From Aeoliella straminimaris (GTDB lineage Bacteria > Planctomycetota > Planctomycetia > Pirellulales > Lacipirellulaceae), in NCBI RefSeq assembly GCF_024054565.1, contig NZ_JAMXLR010000095.1:165966-189965 (forward strand): 24,000 nt of DNA, written 5' to 3'. Below are positions 15,220 to 24,000 of the stretch, one piece after another; the first letter of the stretch is position 1, and each line of letters starts with the position of its first letter. A program made the translations under genes and the position numbers. The notes under the pieces were generated by a model. That model ran no database searches, had not been told where the DNA came from, and worked only from the letters and a program-made list of their open reading frames with translations.

Positions 15220-15906
15220 TTACTGCCAGGTTTTCCAGCCTTTTCCGGCGATCGTCGGTTCGAAGTCTTCGCGGCCGGCGAGTTTCGCAATGGCTTTAAC
15301 GCAATCGACTGTCAACCGGGCAATCAGATCGTTGTTGCGGTCTTGGCCGTAGTGTTCGCTGAGGTCGATGGGCTCGCCGATCACCAGCTTGACTCGCGAC
15401 GGCATGAACACCGGCATCCAGGGATATTTGTGGTACGGGGTGCCTTCCAGGTAACAGGGCAGCACCGGCACTTTGGCCCTGAGGGCGACGACGATTGCTC
15501 CCGGGCGGACCGGCAGCATGAAGTCGTCGGTGGTGTTGATGGTTCCCTCGGGGAACATGCCTACCAGGTCGCCCGCTTGGGCACGGCGGATGGCCGCGCG
15601 GAGCGGCGAGACATCGTTGCCATCCTTGCGGACCGAGATCACCTCGAACACGTCGAGCATGCGGGCGATCATCGTGCCGGGCTTGTAGAGTTGAGCGACC
15701 AGCCAGTGCACGAGTCGACGCCGAGACACCACCTGAATGACACAAGGATCAACGCTGCTGCGGTGGTTGCAGATCAGCACGGCCCCTTGTTCGTCGGGCA
15801 GCGGCAGCTTGTCTGGCACCTTGGCCCACCAGATGACGCGGACGATGAACTGATTGACATAGTAGAAGCACCACTGGACGAAACTGTACGAGCGAGGTTC
15901 GGCCAT
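15220..15906 (-). CDS. 1-acyl-sn-glycerol-3-phosphate acyltransferase family protein (PlsC-like)
   Basis: 228-aa ORF with the acyltransferase motifs NHRSSVD (HX4D) and FPEGT. Confidence 0.85.
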   Translation of the reverse strand: MAEPRSYSFVQWCFYYVNQFIVRVIWWAKVPDKLPLPDEQGAVLICNHRSSVDPCVIQVVSRRRLVHWLVAQLYKPGTMIARMLDVFEVISVRKDGNDVSPLRAAIRRAQAGDLVGMFPEGTINTTDDFMLPVRPGAIVVALRAKVPVLPCYLEGTPYHKYPWMPVFMPSRVKLVIGEPIDLSEHYGQDRNNDLIARLTVDCVKAIAKLAGREDFEPTIAGKGWKTWQ

Positions 15907-16019
15907 GGATGTTCAGAGTTCGTCGAGGGGGACGCACAAATGGTAGTGGCAAGTGGCTGGCGGCGAGTGGCCACAGGCGACAAAAGTCCCTTGCCACCAG
16001 ACGTTCGCCACCGAAGTCC

Positions 16020-18788
<2,769 letters not shown>

Positions 18789-19177
18789 GGCACAGGTCAG
18801 GGGTCAGGAGTCGAAGGAAAATTGGAGCCGCCAGAACAGTGTGATTTTAGACCATCTTGGCAGTGATCGGGAGTAGGTGGTACGGCGAGAAAATTATTTG
18901 CCGCGCTAACGGGTTCGACACATATGGCGGCTAACTCCCGGGGATTGAGCAATTCCCTGCCGTGCGACCGGCGAGGCGAGCGAGCGGGAAGGTGCGATTC
19001 GAGATTTGAATAACGCGAATAACCCATTTCGGGTGATTAAGTTAAGGCGCTATAGTTTTTATTCCTTTTTCCAAAACCCCTATTGGAGAACGGTCACGCT
19101 AGCACGCATAATCGCTCCAACGTTGGTGGCAGCCAAGGAAGGTTGGCACCGAAGCTGAACAAGGAGGTTCAGGATTT

Positions 19178-19984
19178 ATGTTGCACGGATCGCAACGAGC
19201 GGTGGGTATCATTGCCCTTGTATTTTTTTGGAGCGGTGCAGCGTCGGCTCCCGCGGCAAGTATTGCCTCGTCGACACATTTCACTGTACTGGCACCAAAT
19301 CAACGTCTGGCGGACACGGTAGTCCAGCGAGCCGAAACTCTTCATTTGCGTATTGGTGCGGCGTGGCTGGGACGGACGCTCCCAGCCACCCGCACCACCC
19401 TTCCCCGCGCCACCACGACCATCTATCTCGAGATCGACGAGGAACGGTCGTTCGCACGCACGCTGGTTGACGCGCCCGAGGGAGGACACCTGGTGTGGTT
19501 GGTTGGCAGCCAGGAAGCGATCACCGGCCATCTGCTGGAACACGAATTGGCCCACGTAGTACTCGCCTCGCGCTTTGGCGATTCGATGCCCATCTGGGCG
19601 AACGAAGGAATCGCCAGCCGATACGACAATCAGCGGAGGAAAATCATCCGCCAGCAGAAACTGGCAGGCTTTGTAACCATGGATAGCTGGCCACACCTCG
19701 ATCGATTGCTGGTAGGCGAGATTCGCCAACAGTGGCAATACGCGGCCGCCGTGAGCCTGACGGACTACTTGGTAGAGCGTGGCGGTCGGACGAAATTCAT
19801 TCAGTTTGTGGCTGATTCAACCGACAACATCGACACGGCGCTGGCCGCACACTATGGCATTCGGTCGCTGTCGCAACTCCAGCATCAGTGGCAACAGGCC
19901 GTGCGAGAGCAGGTGTCGGGACAGCAGCGTCCCACGGTCATCGCAACCGCTAGGGAAGCTGCCGCACCACGCTACGTTCGGTAG
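19178..19984 (+). CDS. secreted zinc-metallopeptidase-like protein (peptidase MA-type HExxH ... NEG)
   Basis: 268 aa. RBS AAGGAGG about 10 nt upstream. Signal-peptide-like N-terminus. HELAH motif followed by WANEGIASRYD. Confidence 0.75.
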   Translation: MLHGSQRAVGIIALVFFWSGAASAPAASIASSTHFTVLAPNQRLADTVVQRAETLHLRIGAAWLGRTLPATRTTLPRATTTIYLEIDEERSFARTLVDAPEGGHLVWLVGSQEAITGHLLEHELAHVVLASRFGDSMPIWANEGIASRYDNQRRKIIRQQKLAGFVTMDSWPHLDRLLVGEIRQQWQYAAAVSLTDYLVERGGRTKFIQFVADSTDNIDTALAAHYGIRSLSQLQHQWQQAVREQVSGQQRPTVIATAREAAAPRYVR

Positions 19985-20723
19985 CCGTGGCGCCAGGGGT
20001 GCGAACTTCGTACTCCAACTCAAACTGACCGGTGATCTCGTTCTCCATCCACTCTTGAATGCCCTTGAACTCGGGCTTGCCAGCGGGATCGTACAAGAAC
20101 GATACGGTGCCTACCGGAGCGTGAACGAAAGACTTGCCGGGCACCACGGTCCAGGCGGTGCCGTTGATGTACATGATGACGTCCTGATCGGTGGTATTGT
20201 TCAAGCGAATCTTGCCCTGCAGCAGTTCGCCCATCGTACCACGCAAGTCGGCGTCTTCGACCATCGCGCCCAATGCGCGGCGGCTGAGTTCGCCGGAGTC
20301 TTGCAGGCGAGCCAATGTCCGCTGGGTGGAGTACAAGGTCTGCTTCAGTTCGTCCAACTCGGTTTCCAACGCGGCGATGCGTTGTGTTAGCTCGAACACC
20401 TTCCGGGCCTCGGCAGTGGCTCGTTCATCGGCTGCGGCGGGGCGTTCGGCGGTCATGGCCGGGCCCTCCCCAGCCCCCTCTTCTCCTGCACCTTCGATGT
20501 CGGCCGTGGCGGCATCTTCAGCGGGTTCTTCTTCGGGAGTCGGCTCTTCGTCGACGCCTGAAAAAAGTTCTGCGGCGTCGGTGCCATCGGTTTCGCCAGC
20601 CTGGGCTTCGTTGTCCGCGGTCGAGGTGTTGGGGGGAACCTTGGCGGATCCAGGTTCCTGCGCCCAACTGCAACCGGCTACGATCATCAGGGCAATCAGT
20701 GACGCGAACAAGCGAGTGACCAT
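19950..20723 (-). CDS. lipoprotein with an acidic low-complexity and coiled-coil region, function unknown
   Basis: 257 aa. Lipobox LMIVAGC at the N-terminus. GGGAG RBS upstream. The 3' end overlaps the convergent peptidase-like gene by 35 nt. Confidence 0.65.
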   Translation of the reverse strand: MVTRLFASLIALMIVAGCSWAQEPGSAKVPPNTSTADNEAQAGETDGTDAAELFSGVDEEPTPEEEPAEDAATADIEGAGEEGAGEGPAMTAERPAAADERATAEARKVFELTQRIAALETELDELKQTLYSTQRTLARLQDSGELSRRALGAMVEDADLRGTMGELLQGKIRLNNTTDQDVIMYINGTAWTVVPGKSFVHAPVGTVSFLYDPAGKPEFKGIQEWMENEITGQFELEYEVRTPGATATERSVVRQLP

Positions 20724-20976
20724 GGTATGGCTCCCATGAAGGGTGGAATCGTACGATAGGCCGCGACGCTTTGGGTCTACGGCTATCCTCTAAGTTGGCT
20801 GCCCGTGCCGCGGGTGTCAACTAGATGCAGTGAAGTCACTGGCAGACTGGCGGATTAGGGGAAGAAATGAGGCTATTCTCGCGCTGATCGCGGTGCACTG
20901 CAGTGGAATGACGGCCATCGCGGTGATAAGGTGTAACTGGAGGCAAACCGGGGGGACGGAACACTTGGAGCAAGAA

Positions 20977-22068
20977 ATGCGCGCCCATTTTGTGTGCCTG
21001 CTGCTGGCAGGCTTTCTAGCTGTAGATTCTCAACCGACGCTGGCTGCTGACTCGCAAGGGGCGACCGAGTCGCGTGTTACTCCCAGCCAACGGCGTGTCG
21101 CCCGGAAGTTGGTAGCCCATTTTCGCCGTGCCCGTCGCGATGCAGACGCCCAGGCGCAGGTGCTGGCCCAGGCGATGCAAACCAGTCCGCTGGCCGTGGA
21201 GGACATTTGTGGCTTGATCGAAGCCCAGATGACGCCGGCGGTAACAAAGTATCGCGAAGACTTTTTCCGCGCCGCTTCGGGGGCTGCGGAGCGGAAGTTT
21301 GCCGAGGCCGACAAGGCCGAAATCATGCGGTTGCAGCAAGAAGTGAACGCGCTGCGCCAGGATCCCAACCTGTCGAAAGACCAAATCAAAAAAGTAGGCG
21401 ACCCGGCCATGAAACGGCTGGCGGCGATTGCCCTGGTGAACCGTGCCGAAGTGCTGGACACCAATCGCAAGCTGGTGGAACGCCGCCAGCAATTGGTGCC
21501 CGCCGGAAAGCTGTGGGAAGTGGCCCAAGGCTACCTGGCCAAAGTACCCTCCAAGGGAGCGGATGACGACGACAAGGGTGGGGCCCTGACATTCGATGAA
21601 TACCTGGTGCAGGAAGAAGAGATCGCGGTGCGTCTGGCCCTGCCGATGGCCGCCGAGCACCGCGCCATCCTGGCCGCCAACGAGCGCCTGGCCAGCAAGC
21701 TCGACCCTGAAGAAGCCAAGTGCGTTCTCTCGCTCAATCTGACACGCGTGCTGTTGGGGCTGGATCCGCTGCTGGTCGACCTGAAGCTCACGGCCGCGGC
21801 TCGCGATCACTCGCACGATATGAAAGAGCACGACTTCTTCTCGCACGAATCGCCCTTGCCTGGCAAGAAGTCGTTCGTCGATCGGGCAGCCAACTTCGGC
21901 GCTAAGGCGTCGGGCGAGAACATCGCCGCCGGGTACGCCACGGGGCCCGATGTGAATCTGGGCTGGTTCCACAGCCCGGGCCACCACAAGAACATGCTGG
22001 GCGGCCACAAAACGGTGGGAGTCGGCCGGTACGGCAAGCACTGGACCGAGTTGTTCGGTAGGGGGTAA
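20977..22068 (+). CDS. secreted CAP/SCP-domain protein (YkwD-like C-terminal domain)
   Basis: Start moved to ATG 20977 (GGAG 7 nt upstream), which gives the signal peptide MRAHFVCLLLAGFLAVDSQPTLAA. The C-terminus HDFFSHESP...GENIAAGY...WFHSPGHHKNML is CAP-domain-like. Confidence 0.75.
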   Translation: MRAHFVCLLLAGFLAVDSQPTLAADSQGATESRVTPSQRRVARKLVAHFRRARRDADAQAQVLAQAMQTSPLAVEDICGLIEAQMTPAVTKYREDFFRAASGAAERKFAEADKAEIMRLQQEVNALRQDPNLSKDQIKKVGDPAMKRLAAIALVNRAEVLDTNRKLVERRQQLVPAGKLWEVAQGYLAKVPSKGADDDDKGGALTFDEYLVQEEEIAVRLALPMAAEHRAILAANERLASKLDPEEAKCVLSLNLTRVLLGLDPLLVDLKLTAAARDHSHDMKEHDFFSHESPLPGKKSFVDRAANFGAKASGENIAAGYATGPDVNLGWFHSPGHHKNMLGGHKTVGVGRYGKHWTELFGRG

Positions 22069-22102
22069 TTGGGGCCGTGAAAAACTCGCAAGCACGTCCT
22101 AT

Positions 22103-22390
22103 CTAGAGTCTCCGACGAGTTTTCATTGGGTCGATTCTGCAATCGAGCACCGCGTAGACTCGAACAGTTGAATCCTCAACCAAGTAATAGATAGCAAAGG
22201 GGAAAATGCGGGCCAAACTGCGATGGAATCCGTAGGCAGTCTCGTGGATGCCTGCAGTGTCGCCGAGGCTGTCGATGTCCGCAAAAAGTGAATCTAGGAA
22301 ACGATCACCGAGTCCTGCGCTCTGCAGTTCATAAAAGTCGTGTGCTTCCCACAGATCAATCTTGGCTTGCTGAAGCAATTCGATCTTCAT
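22103..22390 (-). CDS. type II toxin, RelE/ParE family
   Basis: 95 aa from MKIELLQQAKIDLWEAHDFY... through FPFAIYYLVEDSTVRVYAVLDCRIDP, a typical ParE/RelE pattern. The start overlaps the upstream antitoxin stop by 4 nt. Confidence 0.8.
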   Translation of the reverse strand: MKIELLQQAKIDLWEAHDFYELQSAGLGDRFLDSLFADIDSLGDTAGIHETAYGFHRSLARIFPFAIYYLVEDSTVRVYAVLDCRIDPMKTRRRL

Positions 22391-22599
22391 CGAACTGCGT
22401 CTCGGATTTGCTTTTTGGCGAGCTCCCAGTCGACAAACTTCGCTTGCCCTGAGTTGACCTCTGCACTTCTCGCTTGCAGGACATCGGCATGCCAATTGGG
22501 CGAAGCGTAGTCACGCTCCGATAAATCCTTCCAAAGCGCTTCCATTTCTTGAAGCTTCTCCTCTACTGTCATGTCGCTGAGTGGAAGTCTGGTTGCCAT
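22387..22599 (-). CDS. putative addiction-module antitoxin component
   Basis: 70 aa from MATRLPLSDMTVEEKLQEMEALWKDL...SPNWH..., matching the 'putative addiction module component' family pattern. It lies immediately upstream of the toxin and is translationally coupled to it. Confidence 0.7.
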   Translation of the reverse strand: MATRLPLSDMTVEEKLQEMEALWKDLSERDYASPNWHADVLQARSAEVNSGQAKFVDWELAKKQIRDAVR

Positions 22600-22728
22600 G
22601 TTTGAGGGCTCTGGACCATTGTGTGTGGTTTGATTGCCAATTGTACCACTGAAAGCAGCGGAATTCAGCAGAAAAAGCACCGCGTACCAGCCAACGGCGA
22701 ACAGCCTAGAGCCTAGAGCCCACAGCCC

Positions 22729-24000
22729 TCAATGCCCGCTGAGCATTTCCTGGCGATAGCGGGCCATCACGTCGCTACGCAGTAGCAGGCCCACCAGGCG
22801 GCGGTTGGCGCCTTTGCCTACTTCGACGGGCAGCGTCTCTACATCGCGACTGCCGAAATCGCCGAGTGCTTCGATCAGGTTCTCCGTGGGCGAGACCGAC
22901 AGTGCGGTGCGGAGCGCAATGTCCTCGGCGTTGACCAGCAACGGCGAGATGTCGCTGTCCAGCACGCGGTGCAGGTCCTCGGCGCGGATAATGCCAATCA
23001 GCTTCCCCTCGCTATCCTTGACTGGCAGGCTCTCGATCTCGGGGTTTTCGCGGGCTACGCGGACGATCTCCAGCACCGTGTCGGAGTGCTGCAGCACCGG
23101 GAACTGGCGGATCATCACATCGCGGACCATGATGTGGTCGAGGTGATGCAGGTCGTGCCCACGCGAGATTTTGTCGCCGCGGCGGCTGAGCTTTTTGTAG
23201 TAGATGCTCTCGGGCTCGATCACGCGGGCCACGACGCTCGACAGACCGGCGGCCGCCATGATGGGTAAGATGATCTCGTAACGGTCCGTCATTTCGTACA
23301 CGATCAGAATGGCCGAAAGCACGCCATGGGTGGTTCCGGCCACGACGGCCCCCATGCCGACGATGGCGTACATGCCGGGTGCGGCCGTGAAATCGGGCAG
23401 GATCATCTGCGACACAATGCCCACGCACGCGCCGAGCGTGGCCCCAATGTACAGCGACGGAGCGAACACACCGCCAGAGCCGCCGCCGCCGAGCGTCAGG
23501 CTGGTCATTAGCGGTTTGAGGAACACCAGCGGCAATAGCCACCATAGTTCGCGGAGCATGGCGGCGGTGTTGACCTCGACTTGTTTGTCGTCTTTGTACT
23601 TGGGCGTATCCGGAGGAAGATTGCCTTCCCTGCTGCCTTGGGCCTGCAGGTGCAAGGCGTGATCCACCACGCCGTAGCCTACACCCATCAGCGGAGGCAA
23701 CGGCTGGTCGCCTGACTGCATCTCGGCGGCGCGATCCGCCGAAACGTTGGGGGGTACATTCGGGTACAGCATGCCGAAAAACCCGATGAGCAGACCGATC
23801 ACGATGGCCCGTTGCCACCAGACTGGCAGACGCTCGCGGGTGATGTCCTCGGTAGCGTACAGCACACGGATGAACAGCACAGCCACGAGACCGGCAATGA
23901 GCCCCAGCAACAGGAACGAAGGCAACTGCTGCCAGGCGCCGTGGAAGTTGTAATCCAGATCTTGAAATGCCGGCTCGAAGCGGTGTTCGCCCACGTGTTG
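22729..24000 (-). CDS. voltage-gated chloride channel (ClC) family protein with a C-terminal CBS pair; N-terminus lies outside the window
   Basis: The ORF stays open to the window edge. It contains GGGGSGGVFAPSLYIGATLG (the GxFxP ClC motif), multiple TM segments, and a C-terminal tandem CBS-like region (VRDVMIRQFPVL..., VNAEDIALRTALSVSP...). Confidence 0.85.
   Translation of the reverse strand, partial: QHVGEHRFEPAFQDLDYNFHGAWQQLPSFLLLGLIAGLVAVLFIRVLYATEDITRERLPVWWQRAIVIGLLIGFFGMLYPNVPPNVSADRAAEMQSGDQPLPPLMGVGYGVVDHALHLQAQGSREGNLPPDTPKYKDDKQVEVNTAAMLRELWWLLPLVFLKPLMTSLTLGGGGSGGVFAPSLYIGATLGACVGIVSQMILPDFTAAPGMYAIVGMGAVVAGTTHGVLSAILIVYEMTDRYEIILPIMAAAGLSSVVARVIEPESIYYKKLSRRGDKISRGHDLHHLDHIMVRDVMIRQFPVLQHSDTVLEIVRVARENPEIESLPVKDSEGKLIGIIRAEDLHRVLDSDISPLLVNAEDIALRTALSVSPTENLIEALGDFGSRDVETLPVEVGKGANRRLVGLLLRSDVMARYRQEMLSGH

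Noticed and set aside
19950-19984. 35-nt convergent 3'-end overlap between the peptidase-like gene and the lipoprotein gene.
   Set aside because: Short convergent overlaps are common in compact GC-rich genomes. No structure or motif suggests regulation.

Overview
GC-rich bacterial chromosomal segment. The gene content (giant secreted protein, PEP-CTERM protein, sigma-54 regulator) suggests Planctomycetota, but that is inference only.

Left third (+ strand): a sigma-54-dependent response regulator, a small secreted Gly/Arg/Met-repeat protein, and a 2137-aa secreted giant protein.

Centre (about 9.3-14.4 kb, essentially all on the minus strand) is the unusual part. An rsr gene (Ro60-type TROVE+vWA protein) is preceded by five tandem Y-RNA-like modules. 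Two of them carry a circularly permuted tRNA mimic. These modules directly abut a tightly packed array of divergent tRNA and tRNA-like genes. Block 1 holds Cys plus three Arg-type genes. Block 2 lies beyond an oppositely oriented, visibly lower-GC PEP-CTERM gene and holds Val, an insertion-bearing tRNA-like RNA, 2x Ala, Ser, His and Trp. Three long hairpin spacers are interspersed. A canonical tRNA-Lys with its own terminator lies further upstream.

Right third: PlsC-type acyltransferase, aconitase A, a secreted HExxH peptidase-like protein, a lipoprotein, a CAP-domain protein, a ParE/antitoxin pair and a partial ClC channel.

All RNA calls were folded by eye from the sequence. No covariance-model or database search was possible.
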